A stretch of DNA of 64,000 nt from Candidatus Marinacidobacterales bacterium. Lineage in GTDB: Bacteria > Acidobacteriota > Vicinamibacteria > Marinacidobacterales > SMYC01. Location of the stretch: NCBI GenBank assembly GCA_965237955.1, contig OZ250169.1, positions 3,488,001-3,552,000 of the forward strand, written 5' to 3'. The position numbers were made by a program, and so were the translations under genes. This document shows, one piece after another, positions 20,907-31,388 of this stretch. The notes under the pieces were generated by a model, which saw only the letters and a program-made list of their open reading frames with translations, was not told where the DNA came from and made no database searches. Each line of letters starts with the position of its first letter. The first letter of the stretch is position 1.

Positions 20907-21304
20907 ACCTAGCACTCGCCCCCGACGCGTCCCTCGCCCGGCTTCGACGCCACGCTATCTGGGCGGCGGGAATCTTCGCGCTCACAGGCCTTGCGTTCGG
21001 ACTCCGGTTCTTTCTCGGCGCGCTCGCGGGCGGGGTGTTCGCGATAGCGAACTTGGAAGCGATCGCTCGGCTGGTCGGCAAACTCACGGGGGACAAGCCC
21101 GGATCGGTCTCGTGGCTAGGGGTCTTCGGAGTGCTATTTCGCTATATCTTGTTGTGTATCGCCCTGTTTGTTATAATTGGGGTTTGGCATGCGAACGTCG
21201 TTGCCGTGGCTCTCGGCTTTTCTGCGCCGGTGGCCGCGGTTTTCGTCGAGTGTGGCCTCTATGCTTACCAGGAGTTCAAAGCGGAGCGTGAACCACGGCA
21301 GTAA
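20816..21304 (+). CDS. atpI: ATP synthase I chain (start probably near 20903)
   Basis: Four hydrophobic helices, FRYILL; lies between atpZ and atpB. Confidence 0.65.
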   Translation: MAFYRLSLNRRRRRFPEPPPCGESVRQARLNLALAPDASLARLRRHAIWAAGIFALTGLAFGLRFFLGALAGGVFAIANLEAIARLVGKLTGDKPGSVSWLGVFGVLFRYILLCIALFVIIGVWHANVVAVALGFSAPVAAVFVECGLYAYQEFKAEREPRQ

Positions 21305-21391
21305 CGATTACGACGAGGCCTGACACCTCTCCCGCAGTCGAATTATTTCCCCTCTCACGAAAAACACAAATCGAATGACTAGCATTTAGTT

Positions 21392-22087
21392 ATGGAGCGG
21401 TTAGAGCACAAGTCGTTCATTTACGAGTGGCTCGAGCACACGTACCATCACGAAGTGCTGCCCGATCATTTGATCATGGCGTTCTTCGTTGCGGCTGTGC
21501 TCACCGGATTCGCGCGCTGGTTCAGGAGTGTTATCAGCGTCGAGAACCCCGGGAAGCTCCAGCTCTTTTGCGAGACCATCGTGGGCACGCTCGACGACAT
21601 GCTGCTCGACAACATCGGTACGAAGGGAAGACCCTTTCTAGGTCTCGTCGGCACTCTGGGTTTGTTCATCGTCGTATGTAACTTGATAGGACTCGTACCT
21701 TACTTCTCGTCACCGACGGTCAATTTGAACTTTACCGTCGGTTGCGCCGTCGTCGCCTTTCTGTATTACAACTACCAGGGCATTCGCGCCCAGGGTGCGG
21801 GACGCTACTTCAAGCACTTTCTCGGTCCGCTGCCGATCCTCGCGCCGCTGATGTTGCCCATCGAGATCATCAGCCACTTCAGCCGCATGGTGTCGCTGTC
21901 GCTACGTCTGTTCGGCAACATCTTCGGTGAAGAGCTCGTCATCGCTTCGCTCGCGTTCATGGTCGCGTGGCTCGTTCCCGTACCCATGATGTTGTTCGGA
22001 GTTTTTGGTGGCCTGCTGCAGGCCTTCGTTTTCATCATGTTGACCATGGTCTATCTCGGCGGCGCCGTCGCTTCCGAGGAGCACTGA
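21392..22087 (+). CDS. atpB: ATP synthase Fo subunit a
   Basis: PGKLQ, NLIGLVP, SRMVSLSLRLFGNIFGEE, LQAFVFIMLTMVY. Confidence 0.96.
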   Translation: MERLEHKSFIYEWLEHTYHHEVLPDHLIMAFFVAAVLTGFARWFRSVISVENPGKLQLFCETIVGTLDDMLLDNIGTKGRPFLGLVGTLGLFIVVCNLIGLVPYFSSPTVNLNFTVGCAVVAFLYYNYQGIRAQGAGRYFKHFLGPLPILAPLMLPIEIISHFSRMVSLSLRLFGNIFGEELVIASLAFMVAWLVPVPMMLFGVFGGLLQAFVFIMLTMVYLGGAVASEEH

Positions 22088-22132
22088 TTCTGCGAGCTCG
22101 TGACTCGTGTGCCATCCCAAGGAGGAACTCTG

Positions 22133-22492
22133 GTGATTAGAAAAGTTGTGCTGGCAATTTTCGTTTCGCTCGCCGTTGTCATGTTGGCGGCTCCGGCGTT
22201 CGCCCAGGTTCAAGAATATGGGCAGGGACACGTGCCCATCGACGGTTGGTCGTCGCAAATGTACAGTTGGGCTTTGTTCTCGGGCGCCTTCGCACTCGGT
22301 ATCGCCGCGGGCCTCGCTGCGCTCGCCCAGAGCCGGGCCATCGCCGCCGCCTGCGACGGTATCTCTCGAAACCCGGGCGCATCGCCACAAATCCGTTTCG
22401 CGCTCATTCTCGGCTTGGCACTCATCGAGTCTCTCGTCATCTACGTGTTGCTCATCGCCTTCATCATCTTCCTGGTGCTCTGGGGCGGCTAG
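22133..22492 (+). CDS. atpE: ATP synthase Fo subunit c with N-terminal signal-like extension
   Basis: RBS GGAGG before GTG; GISRNPGA loop; LALIESLVIY. Confidence 0.92.
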   Translation: MIRKVVLAIFVSLAVVMLAAPAFAQVQEYGQGHVPIDGWSSQMYSWALFSGAFALGIAAGLAALAQSRAIAAACDGISRNPGASPQIRFALILGLALIESLVIYVLLIAFIIFLVLWGG

Positions 22493-23645
22493 GCTTTCGG
22501 CCCAGCCAGTAGAAAATCAGCAAAGCGTAGGGCACAAAATACTGGGCAAAGCCCAGCCAAAAACTGAAGCTTCCCGCCTCGATCGCTGCATAAGTCATCG
22601 GCGCCGTCGCGGTGAACGCGAGCCACCCGCGGTTCGTCGAGTGCGCCGCGAGATAGGCGAAAGCGACGAAGGCCCACGGAAGCACCTGGGTTGAGACGAG
22701 CACGAAGCTTCCCAGGACCAACAGCGCTTCGTACGGAATGAGCGCATCATCCGACCAACGCGCCGTCGAGAGCGCCACGAAAAGAGCCCACGCCGCGAGA
22801 GTGATAGCGAGGGGAATCGAATCGTTTCGGGTCAAGAAGAGGTTTGCGAGAGCGACCAGTGCCGGGGTGATGCTTCCGCCGAGAGCGCCTTCGGGCGGCC
22901 ACCCGGCGCGCTCGATCCAAGTCGTTTCGGGAAACGCAAGACTCCACGCGAGAAGCGCGAGGCCGAGTGCGAGCACCAGGCGTGCACGCACTGCTTTCGC
23001 CACGAGCGGTAACGAGGCGACGAGCATGAGAGGACCACTGAGGCTCACGCCGTACACGATCGCTGCCGGCCAGCGCGCGCCCTTTTGGATGAGCCGGAGC
23101 GAGAGCAAGAACAGCATGAAAGCGACGACTTCGATGCGACCGCTCCCCGCGACTTCTTTGATGACGAGGGGGTTCCAACCGTGGATGATGGCAGCACCGA
23201 GCGGAACCCGCGCCGCCTTCAAGAGGCTGGGCGCGAGCGCCAACGCACCGAGGTCACAGGCGATCGCGACGACGCGCTCGGCCGCGAGCCCGAGCTCGAG
23301 CCTCACCACCAATGCCGTTAGAGGGCTGGGTCCGTAGAGGAAAACGCTGGGAGCGGCGTGATCGAAGCCGCTCCCTAGGAACAGGGCCGCTCGAAAGAGA
23401 ATCGAAGTGATAAAGATGATGGCAAAGAAACTGCCCTCACGACGCCCAGCCGCGACGCGCACGGCGATGACGTAGACAACGAACAGTGCTACCCAGATCC
23501 CAATAAACTCGACCGACGCCTCAAAAAGCCGAGGCCGATACCACTGAGCGAAGAGTCGACTCTCCGGTCCCACATCACTACGAACCGCAAGAAGCGCGTA
23601 AAGCGACACCGAAACGAGAGAGAGAAAAACGAGCCTGAAACGCAC
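22464..23645 (-). CDS. Polytopic membrane protein, GT-C (GT87-like) glycosyltransferase family
   Basis: [18 protein letters not shown] and STQVLPW resemble YAWNPL..E..GNGH.D and V.PWY motifs; many TM helices; divergent. Confidence 0.6.
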   Translation of the reverse strand: MRFRLVFLSLVSVSLYALLAVRSDVGPESRLFAQWYRPRLFEASVEFIGIWVALFVVYVIAVRVAAGRREGSFFAIIFITSILFRAALFLGSGFDHAAPSVFLYGPSPLTALVVRLELGLAAERVVAIACDLGALALAPSLLKAARVPLGAAIIHGWNPLVIKEVAGSGRIEVVAFMLFLLSLRLIQKGARWPAAIVYGVSLSGPLMLVASLPLVAKAVRARLVLALGLALLAWSLAFPETTWIERAGWPPEGALGGSITPALVALANLFLTRNDSIPLAITLAAWALFVALSTARWSDDALIPYEALLVLGSFVLVSTQVLPWAFVAFAYLAAHSTNRGWLAFTATAPMTYAAIEAGSFSFWLGFAQYFVPYALLIFYWLGRKPSRPRAPGR

Positions 23646-23704
23646 GGAAGAAAGCAATCTACCACCGATTGGCGCATCCGAGCGCAGACGAGTAAACTCA
23701 CAAC

Positions 23705-23740
23705 CGGCTGATGGCCGATGGCTGATGGCCGATGGCCGAA
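23705..23740. repeat. Heptamer tandem repeat tract
   Basis: gctgatg gccgatg gctgatg gccgatg gccga. Confidence 0.65.
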
Positions 23741-24822
23741 TTGGAGGCACAGGCTTGTTCGAAACAATCCGCTGGGACGGCGATGCCGTCGTTCTCATCG
23801 ATCAGAGATATCTGCCCGGCAAGGAGGACTATCTTGCCTGCAAGAGCGCCGATGCTGTGGCCGAGGCGATCAAGGACATGGTCGTTCGCGGCGCTCCGGC
23901 CATCGGGGTGACGGCCGCGTTCGGAATCGCGCTCGGTCTGAAACAATCGGGCGCCAAAGATATCGAGAGTCTGCGCGAGTCTATGGAGTCGCTTTCGACG
24001 TTGATGGCGGCCACCCGTCCGACGGCCGTCAATCTTTTTTGGGCTATCGAGCGCATGAAGAAACGCTTCGATGAGCTCGTTTCCGACGGCGTCGACCATG
24101 TCGACAACCTCGACAATATTATCAGGGGGATGGAGGCCGAGGCGGTTGCCATCCAGAAGGAAGACATCGAGATCAACCATCGCATGGGAGCGCACGGCGC
24201 CGAGCTCGTTCCCGACGGCGCACGAATCCTGACGCACTGCAACGCGGGTGCGCTCGCGACCGCCGGCTATGGGACAGCGCTCGGCGTCATGTACGCCGCC
24301 AAGGCAGCGGGCAAAAAGATCGAGGTCTTCGCCGACGAGACCCGACCGTTTCTTCAGGGGGCCCGTCTGACGGCGTGGGAGCTCGCAAAAGATAATATCC
24401 CCGTCACCGTCATTACCGACAACATGGCCGGCTATTTCATGGCGAAGGGCGAGATCGACATGGTGATCCTCGGCTCGGATCGGATCGCCGGAAACGGCGA
24501 CGTGTGCAACAAGATCGGCACCTACTCGGTCGCGGTGCTCGCGAAAGAGCACGGGATACCTTTTTATGCAGTGGCGCCGACGTCGACGTTCGATTTGTCG
24601 ATCTCGTCGGGAAAAGAGATCCCGATCGAAGAGCGCTCGCCCGACGAGGTCACCCACGTGCACGGCGTCCGCCTCGCACCGGAAGGTGTCGCCGTCAGGA
24701 ACCCGGCGTTCGACGTCACTCCCGCCCGGCTCGTGACCGCGATCGTGTGCGAGAACGGTGTCGCGAAAGCACCGTTCACGGAGTCCCTGAGCCGCCTTGC
24801 GAAGAGCGAGCGAGCTGCTTAG
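23725..24822 (+). CDS. mtnA: S-methyl-5-thioribose-1-phosphate isomerase (start may be TTG 23755)
   Basis: [53 protein letters not shown]. Confidence 0.95.
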   Translation: MADGRIGGTGLFETIRWDGDAVVLIDQRYLPGKEDYLACKSADAVAEAIKDMVVRGAPAIGVTAAFGIALGLKQSGAKDIESLRESMESLSTLMAATRPTAVNLFWAIERMKKRFDELVSDGVDHVDNLDNIIRGMEAEAVAIQKEDIEINHRMGAHGAELVPDGARILTHCNAGALATAGYGTALGVMYAAKAAGKKIEVFADETRPFLQGARLTAWELAKDNIPVTVITDNMAGYFMAKGEIDMVILGSDRIAGNGDVCNKIGTYSVAVLAKEHGIPFYAVAPTSTFDLSISSGKEIPIEERSPDEVTHVHGVRLAPEGVAVRNPAFDVTPARLVTAIVCENGVAKAPFTESLSRLAKSERAA

Positions 24823-24836
24823 GGGCACGTAGCAGG

Positions 24837-25895
24837 ATGCTCCTCCTCGGCATCGAGAGCTCCTGCGACGAGACTTCAGCAGCCGTCGTCGAAGACGGTC
24901 GACGCATTCTCTCGAACGTGGTCGCGTCGCAAGACGACGTTCACGCTCCCTTCGGCGGCGTCGTACCCGAGCTCGCGTCCCGGCAACATCTAAAGAAGAT
25001 CGGACCGGTCGTCGATCGCGCGCTGAAAGACGCATCGCTTCGGCTTTCCGACATCGACGCTCTTGCCGTGACCCAAGGACCCGGGCTCATCGGCTCGCTT
25101 GTCGTCGGGGTATCGTTCGCGAAATCGATCGCGTACGCCCGAGGCGTGCCGCTCGTCGCGGTCGACCACCTCGAGGGCCATATCCGCGCCGTCTATCTCG
25201 AGAGTGGGGAACCGATTCCACATCCCGCGATATCGCTCGTCGTCTCCGGCGGCCACACCAGCCTCTTCCTGATGGAAGAAGAAGCGACCTACGAGCTCCT
25301 CGCGAAGACGCGCGATGACGCTGCCGGGGAGGCGTACGACAAAGTCGCGAAAAAGCTCGGGCTCGGCTACCCGGGAGGGCCGGTTCTCGATCGACTGGCG
25401 CGTCTCGGCGATCCGCGGGCGTTCGAGTTCTCGCTGCCCAAATTCTCCGATGGCAGCGAAGACTTCAGCTTCAGCGGCTTGAAGTCGGCGGTGCTGCGCG
25501 CGATCCACGAGCGTCCGGTGCCACCGCTCGACGTCAGCGAAGACCCGGAGACGCGTCGTGACGTCTGCGATCTCGCCGCGAGCTTTCAAAGGACCGTCGT
25601 CAAGTTGCTGACCACCCGCACCGAGAGTGCGGTGAAACGGCATCGCGCTCGGGCGATTCTCGTCTCGGGCGGTGTCGCCGCGAACCGCGAGCTGAGGGAA
25701 ACCTTCGAAACGTTGAGCCGCAAGCTTTCGATCCCGGCGCTCTTTCCGAGTGTTGCGATGTCGACCGACAACGCGGCTATGATCGCCGCCGCCGGCTATT
25801 TGAAGATCCAGCGGAACGAGGTGTCGGATTTGGGGCTCAATGCGGACGTCGAGCTCCGGCTCGGCGAAGCGGGGGAGCGTCGCGGCCGCCGCTAA
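24837..25895 (+). CDS. tsaD: tRNA N6-adenosine threonylcarbamoyltransferase
   Basis: LGIESSCDETSAAVV, HLEGH, SGGHT, DDAAGEAYDK, FSFSGLK, DNAAMIA. Confidence 0.97.
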   Translation: MLLLGIESSCDETSAAVVEDGRRILSNVVASQDDVHAPFGGVVPELASRQHLKKIGPVVDRALKDASLRLSDIDALAVTQGPGLIGSLVVGVSFAKSIAYARGVPLVAVDHLEGHIRAVYLESGEPIPHPAISLVVSGGHTSLFLMEEEATYELLAKTRDDAAGEAYDKVAKKLGLGYPGGPVLDRLARLGDPRAFEFSLPKFSDGSEDFSFSGLKSAVLRAIHERPVPPLDVSEDPETRRDVCDLAASFQRTVVKLLTTRTESAVKRHRARAILVSGGVAANRELRETFETLSRKLSIPALFPSVAMSTDNAAMIAAAGYLKIQRNEVSDLGLNADVELRLGEAGERRGRR

Positions 25896-25968
25896 TCGCT
25901 GAGATGGAATCCATTCTACGCGCTCACATCGGCTTGACCAGCTTTTCCGCGGCGGCTAGGATGAAGAT

Positions 25969-27240
25969 ATGTGGAGGATGGCGATCGGTCCGGCCGTAGC
26001 TTTGGGGATGACCGCTGTGGCCAGCGGGCAATACCAGACCGGCAAGGTAACGCGGGTGTCGGTCGAAGACCTCGCCTCGACCGGCATGAGGTACCACGAG
26101 CAACTCGTCATCACCAAAGGTGAGGTCCGGCACGGCGACTTCCAAGACCAGGGCAACAAAATTTTCGAGCTCCGGGGCGAAGATTCCCTGCGCTCGGTCC
26201 GGATCGCGACCCTGCCGAACTCCTTTGAGAACCTGGACCTCATGGCGGGGCAGGACGTCGAGCTCACCGGTATTTTTTTCGATCTCAGCTCCATTTTCGA
26301 GCCTCAATATCATCCTGTTCTGGCCTACTTTCCCGGTGTCGTCCGCGGCGACAACAGCTTCGACAAGCAAAACTTCATCGCGATCACGAGCATCGAGATC
26401 ATAGTTGATCTCGAGAGCGACCTTATTCCGGACACCACCGGAGAAGAGAGCGACATCGAGGACCCGGACATCCTCGTCTCGGACGTGCTCCAAGTCGATT
26501 TGCGCGAGCTCGTCAAGGAGCCGGAAAAGTACACCGACCGCGAGATCGCCGTGCTCGGAAAGTTCCGGGGGAACAACCTCTACGGGGATTTATCCATCCG
26601 CGACAAACGGACACCGCGCGACTTCGTCATCAAGACCGCCAATGCAGCGATCTGGGTGACGGGAAGGCGACCGCGCGGAAAAGGGTTCAAGCTCGACGCC
26701 AGGAAACGGCGCGACACCGGCAAGTGGCTGATGGTGATCGGCACGACCTGGAAGTACGAACCCACCGGCACCTACTATCTTCGCGCCGCGAAGGTCGAGA
26801 TTGCGGAAAAGCCGGACGACAAAGACCTGACTCCGGTGAAGGTCGTCCACGAGAAGAAATTGAAGCTCGGCCCTCCTCCCGAGGTGACGTTCAGCCTGCC
26901 ACTGGCCGGCGAGCGCGGCATCCCCCTGGACTCCGTGTTCCACGTGCAGTTCTCGAACGACATGAAGCGCGAGAGCTTCAACCGCAACGTCGACCTGCTC
27001 TACTTTGACGACGACGGCATCGGCAATCCGTTCCCCGAGCTCGAGGTGTCGTACGACGACAACAACCGCACGCTGACGGTCCTACCCAATAAACGGCTCG
27101 AGCCCGGAAAAGATATCCGGCTCATCCTCTACGACGCCATCGAAGACGACGACGGTCAGAAGATTGTTCCGGATCCTAGTGCTGGGGAGATCGAGGCAGG
27201 GGCGGCAGTTATCTTGACGTTCGCGACTGCGTCACGCTAG
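25969..27240 (+). CDS. Exported protein with C-terminal bacterial Ig-like domain
   Basis: Signal peptide; SLPLAGERGIPLDSVFHVQFSNDM...RTLTVLPNKRLEPG resembles Big_5. Confidence 0.6.
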   Translation: MWRMAIGPAVALGMTAVASGQYQTGKVTRVSVEDLASTGMRYHEQLVITKGEVRHGDFQDQGNKIFELRGEDSLRSVRIATLPNSFENLDLMAGQDVELTGIFFDLSSIFEPQYHPVLAYFPGVVRGDNSFDKQNFIAITSIEIIVDLESDLIPDTTGEESDIEDPDILVSDVLQVDLRELVKEPEKYTDREIAVLGKFRGNNLYGDLSIRDKRTPRDFVIKTANAAIWVTGRRPRGKGFKLDARKRRDTGKWLMVIGTTWKYEPTGTYYLRAAKVEIAEKPDDKDLTPVKVVHEKKLKLGPPPEVTFSLPLAGERGIPLDSVFHVQFSNDMKRESFNRNVDLLYFDDDGIGNPFPELEVSYDDNNRTLTVLPNKRLEPGKDIRLILYDAIEDDDGQKIVPDPSAGEIEAGAAVILTFATASR

Positions 27241-27243
27241 TGA

Positions 27244-27347
27244 TCCGCCATCAGCCGCCGGCCATCAGCTATCATCGGAGACGCGTCGTTCGAGCTTCGA
27301 CGGCGCTGGCGTGCTGATGGCCGATGGCTGACGGCTGATGGCGACAG
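27244..27347. repeat. Inverted heptamer-repeat element between convergent genes
   Basis: cgccatcagccgccggccatcagc ... gctgatggccgatggctgacggctgatggcg. Confidence 0.65.
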
Positions 27348-29282
27348 CTAGTCGCTTTCCGGCGGTATAGGCTTCCCGCGATTCTCTGCTTTATCCCGGT
27401 ACATCCGCTCGTCGGCGAGGTGGATTAGCTCTTCCTTCGTCGGGGCTTCCGTGGGGAACGTCGACAGGCCGATACTCGCGCCGAGGCGGGCGTTGATGCC
27501 CTCTTCCTTGAGGTACGTCGTGCGCAGGATGAGCTGGCGTATCCGCTCGCCGAGCCGTTTCGCTTGTGGGTAGTCGGTATCGGGCAGGATCACGACGAAC
27601 TCGTCTCCGCCGTACCGGGCGGCGATATCCGTCTCACGGATGGCGGCTCGCAACAGAAACCCTACTTCACGAAGCACCTTGCTCCCGCGAAGATGACCGT
27701 GGCTATCGTTGATCTGCTTGAACTTGTCGAGATCGATGAACAACAAGCTGAGACGCGACTTGTGTCGCGTCACGAGCTTGAGCTCGCGCTCGAGCGCCTG
27801 GTGGAAGTAGCGGAAGTTGAAGAGCGAGCTCACGTCGTCGAGGATCGACGTTTCCTTCGTCTGCTGGTACAGCTTGACGTTCTCGATCGCGACCGAGAGC
27901 TGCTTCGACAACTGCGTGAGCAAGGGTAGATCTTTTTCGGAGAACGCGTGTTTCTCCTTGGAGCCGACACCGAAGGTGCCGGCGACGTGCCCCCTCGAGT
28001 CGAGCGGCAGCAGAATGTAGGAGCGGATACCGTCCTCGTAAAGGAATTGATCTTCGATGAAGCGTCGCTGAGATTGCGTATCCGGATGGATGAAGTGGGT
28101 CTCGTTGAGAACCACCCAGCCGGGCCCGGTGCCGACGACGGGAACGAGAGACTCCATCCCCCAACCGGTGTCGCGCGAGCCCGACGCGAAAATCCTCAAG
28201 TAACTTCCGGTTGCATCGAGAAACGCGACCGAGAGGCGATCGAAGTCGATGAGTTTCTTCATCTCGGTGGCGAACGCATCGAACACTTCTTCGATCTGGA
28301 GGCTCGACGAGATGATCCGAGCGATGTTGTTGAGGACTGTGATCTGTTTCGTCTGGCGCATGGTCCGCTGGAACAACACCTCGTTTTCGGCGGCGATGCC
28401 GATTTGAACACCGATGGTCTTGAACAAATCGAAGTCGAACGTCGGGAACAACTGCTGGGTGGCAATGGCCAGATGCATCACACCGAGCACGTGGTCTTTG
28501 CTCTTGAGTGGCACGCCCGCCACCGCGCCCACGTCGCTGCGATCCTGGAGAAGCGCGCGGAGCCTCGGTTCCCGATCGAGCGAGTCGAGCAGGATCGGCT
28601 CACCGCTTTCCAAAACCCGGCTTGCGAGCTCACAGGTATCGAGTGGGAGTACGTTCCCCGTTGGCTCCACCGTGTTCTCTCCACGAAAACTCGCAAGCCG
28701 AAACGCGCTCGCCTCCTGCTCGTACACGAGCACCTCACCGTAGACGCTGCCACTCGCTTCCATGATGACTCGAAGCGAGCCTGCGAGAATCTCCGAAAGC
28801 TCGAGCGACTTGCTGAGTGCGGACGAGAGTGAGTTCAACGCGGTGAGCTTGTGGCTCTGAAACAACACTTCGCGTTGTAACAGGCGCTCTTCGCTGAGAT
28901 CGCGGAAGTAGACGAGCACGGCTTTGCGCTCGTCGAACCCAATCACCTGTCCCCGGACTTCGACGGGAACCGGGCCTTCGTCCTCGGTCTCGATGGGCAA
29001 GTCGTCGTACGAGAAACCGCGCTTGCCGAGAAACTTCTGGAAGTGCTCGATCGCACGCTCGCGGCTCGCGCGAGGATGAAAATCCTCGATCCGGCGGTCG
29101 AGAAGCTCCTTCCGGTCGCAGCCGGTAAGGGCTTGGGCGGCTTTGTTGGCGTCGAGACAGAGACGGTTGGATGCGTCGAACAGAAAGGTAGCGACGGACG
29201 CCCGCTCGAACGCGGCACGGTACTCCCATTTAGAGGACTCGTGCCTGTCACCCCGAAAGGGCTGAAGAATCGGTTTTGCCAT
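27348..29282 (-). CDS. Diguanylate cyclase PAS-GAF-GAF-GGDEF
   Basis: DLDKFKQINDSHGH, I-site RETD, ARYGGDEF; two GAF domains ending in AxEN. Confidence 0.93.
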   Translation of the reverse strand: MAKPILQPFRGDRHESSKWEYRAAFERASVATFLFDASNRLCLDANKAAQALTGCDRKELLDRRIEDFHPRASRERAIEHFQKFLGKRGFSYDDLPIETEDEGPVPVEVRGQVIGFDERKAVLVYFRDLSEERLLQREVLFQSHKLTALNSLSSALSKSLELSEILAGSLRVIMEASGSVYGEVLVYEQEASAFRLASFRGENTVEPTGNVLPLDTCELASRVLESGEPILLDSLDREPRLRALLQDRSDVGAVAGVPLKSKDHVLGVMHLAIATQQLFPTFDFDLFKTIGVQIGIAAENEVLFQRTMRQTKQITVLNNIARIISSSLQIEEVFDAFATEMKKLIDFDRLSVAFLDATGSYLRIFASGSRDTGWGMESLVPVVGTGPGWVVLNETHFIHPDTQSQRRFIEDQFLYEDGIRSYILLPLDSRGHVAGTFGVGSKEKHAFSEKDLPLLTQLSKQLSVAIENVKLYQQTKETSILDDVSSLFNFRYFHQALERELKLVTRHKSRLSLLFIDLDKFKQINDSHGHLRGSKVLREVGFLLRAAIRETDIAARYGGDEFVVILPDTDYPQAKRLGERIRQLILRTTYLKEEGINARLGASIGLSTFPTEAPTKEELIHLADERMYRDKAENRGKPIPPESD

Positions 29283-29390
29283 CCCACGTGTTCCCGCGAG
29301 ACAATAGGGGGGGAAGTCGCCTCGTAACAATAGCATAGCGGAGATGAGCCGGAATGGTCAAGGAACGGCTCGTGTTATAACTTAGAAGAG

Positions 29391-30209
29391 ATGACAGCAG
29401 CGAAGACGCCGTCCGTCGCTATGACAATCGCTGGCTCGGATTCGGGTGGCGGTGCCGGCATCCAGGCGGACCTGAAGACGTTCGCAGCTCACGGGGTCTA
29501 CGGGACGAGCGCGATTACTGCGGTCACGGCTCAAAACACGGAGGCTGTGACCGGGATCCAGACGATGTCGCCCGAGCTCGTGGCCCTTCAAATCGATGCC
29601 GTCGTTGAAGATATAGGCGTCGATGCCGCGAAAACCGGGATGCTCGCCACGTCGGACGTCATCTTTGTGGTAGCGCACAAGCTGGAGGAACACCATATCG
29701 AGAAAGCCGTCGTCGATCCCGTCATGGTGGCCGGAAGTGGCGATCGCTTGCTCGAGCCGTCCGCAATCGAGACGCTCAAAAAGGAGCTCGTACCGCGCGC
29801 CTACATTGTGACACCGAATCTTCCCGAGGCAGAGGCCCTCGTGGGGTTTCCGGTTGACGAAGAAGGCGCGGTGAAGGGAGCTTGTCGGCAGATTGTAGAG
29901 ATGGGCGCCAGGGCGGTGGTGATCAAGGGAGGTCGCGCCACCGGGGAAGAGTCCATCGACTGGCTCTACGATAGGCGGCGGTTCTCCCGCTTCGCTGCGC
30001 CTCGCATTGCCAGTCGGAACACGCACGGGACGGGGTGCACGTTCTCGGCGGCGATCGCGGCGCAGCTCGCTCGCGGTGCTCAGCTCGAGGCCGCAGTACG
30101 CTCGGCCAAGCGTTATCTCACCGCCGTGCTCGAGGTGGGCGTTGCCATCGGGCGCGGGCACGGCCCCGTTGACCACTTCGTTGGAGAGACAGTTTGGCCT
30201 CGGCGTTAG
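29391..30209 (+). CDS. thiD: Hydroxymethylpyrimidine/phosphomethylpyrimidine kinase
   Basis: [40 protein letters not shown]. Confidence 0.96.
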   Translation: MTAAKTPSVAMTIAGSDSGGGAGIQADLKTFAAHGVYGTSAITAVTAQNTEAVTGIQTMSPELVALQIDAVVEDIGVDAAKTGMLATSDVIFVVAHKLEEHHIEKAVVDPVMVAGSGDRLLEPSAIETLKKELVPRAYIVTPNLPEAEALVGFPVDEEGAVKGACRQIVEMGARAVVIKGGRATGEESIDWLYDRRRFSRFAAPRIASRNTHGTGCTFSAAIAAQLARGAQLEAAVRSAKRYLTAVLEVGVAIGRGHGPVDHFVGETVWPRR

Positions 30210-30271
30210 TAGCCCCGTTGGCCCCAATGGGCTTGTCGGGCTACGTGCAGCTGAGCTAAAATTTCACTCCC

Positions 30272-30700
30272 ATGTTCGAGATCGTTCAAGACATTCTGGA
30301 TGTACGGACGCTCGCTCAGACAGTTGCAAGCGAGTCCGACGGCGCCATCGCCACGTTCTCCGGCATCGTGCGCGGGACGAACAAAGGAAAGAAAGTGCTC
30401 TTCCTGGAGTACGAGGCTTATCCCGAGATGGCGGTGAAGATGATGGAGCGCATCGGTGAGGAGGTGAAGGCGACGTGGGGCCTCGAGAGTCTTCGCATCC
30501 AGCACCGAGTCGGGCGTCTCAACGTCGGTGAGACCAGCGTCGTCATTGTCGTGTCCTCACCGCACCGTGACGATTCCTTCGCGGCGTGCCAGTACGCGAT
30601 CAATCGATTGAAGCGCATCGTGCCGATCTGGAAAAAGGAAGTCTTCGAAGACGGCGAAGTTTGGGTCGAAGGTCCGGTGGAATCGGTGGAGGTGAGTTGA
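30272..30700 (+). CDS. moaE: Molybdopterin synthase catalytic subunit
   Basis: GAIATFSGIVR, LEYEAY, HRVGRL, SPHR, VPIWKKE. Confidence 0.95.
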   Translation: MFEIVQDILDVRTLAQTVASESDGAIATFSGIVRGTNKGKKVLFLEYEAYPEMAVKMMERIGEEVKATWGLESLRIQHRVGRLNVGETSVVIVVSSPHRDDSFAACQYAINRLKRIVPIWKKEVFEDGEVWVEGPVESVEVS

Positions 30701-30942
30701 AGGTTCGAGTACGCGTCTTCGCTGCGTTGCGTGAGATTCTCGGTAAAGAGGAGGTCGAGGTCGAGCTTCCCGAACGCACGACCATCGAAGGACTGTGGAA
30801 GCAGCTCGTCGACGACGACGATCGACTCAAACCGTTTACCAAATCGATCAACTTCGCTATCAACCATGATTTCGTTGGCAAAGAGACGGAGCTCAATCCG
30901 GACGACGAAGTAGCATTTCTCCCGCCCGTTAGCGGTGGCTGA
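30697..30942 (+). CDS. moaD: Molybdopterin synthase sulfur carrier subunit
   Basis: VRVFAALRE ... DEVAFLPPVSGG C-terminus. Confidence 0.93.
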   Translation: MKVRVRVFAALREILGKEEVEVELPERTTIEGLWKQLVDDDDRLKPFTKSINFAINHDFVGKETELNPDDEVAFLPPVSGG

Positions 30943-31388
30943 TGCCGAGCCGCACGCGCCGACAAGAGCTCATCCTAACGCTCATTAGCGACAAGCCCAT
31001 CCCCAACCAGGGCGAGCTCATCAAAGAGCTCGAGGCCGCGGGTGTGTCGATGACGCAGTCGACCCTGTCCCGGGAGCTCAAGGCGCTCGGTATCGCCAAG
31101 ACTCCGGACAGCGAAGGAGGCTACCGTTACACCACCGGCGAGCCTTCGGGACGCGGCCCGTTGTCACCTCTCGTCGCCTTCGTTCGCAAGATCGAGCGCG
31201 CCAAGAACCTCATCGTCGTGAGGACACCGCCCGGAAACGCACAGGGGGTCGCGCATGGCCTGGACGAAGTCGCATGGTCCGAAGTGATCGGGACCATTGC
31301 TGGTGACGACACTATCCTGCTGATCTGTCGCACCGACAAAGACGGCACGGAAGTGGAGCGCCGTCTGAAGGCGCTTACACGACGCTAA
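30942..31388 (+). CDS. argR: Arginine repressor
   Basis: TQSTLSRELK and GTIAGDDT motifs. Confidence 0.93.
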   Translation: MPSRTRRQELILTLISDKPIPNQGELIKELEAAGVSMTQSTLSRELKALGIAKTPDSEGGYRYTTGEPSGRGPLSPLVAFVRKIERAKNLIVVRTPPGNAQGVAHGLDEVAWSEVIGTIAGDDTILLICRTDKDGTEVERRLKALTRR

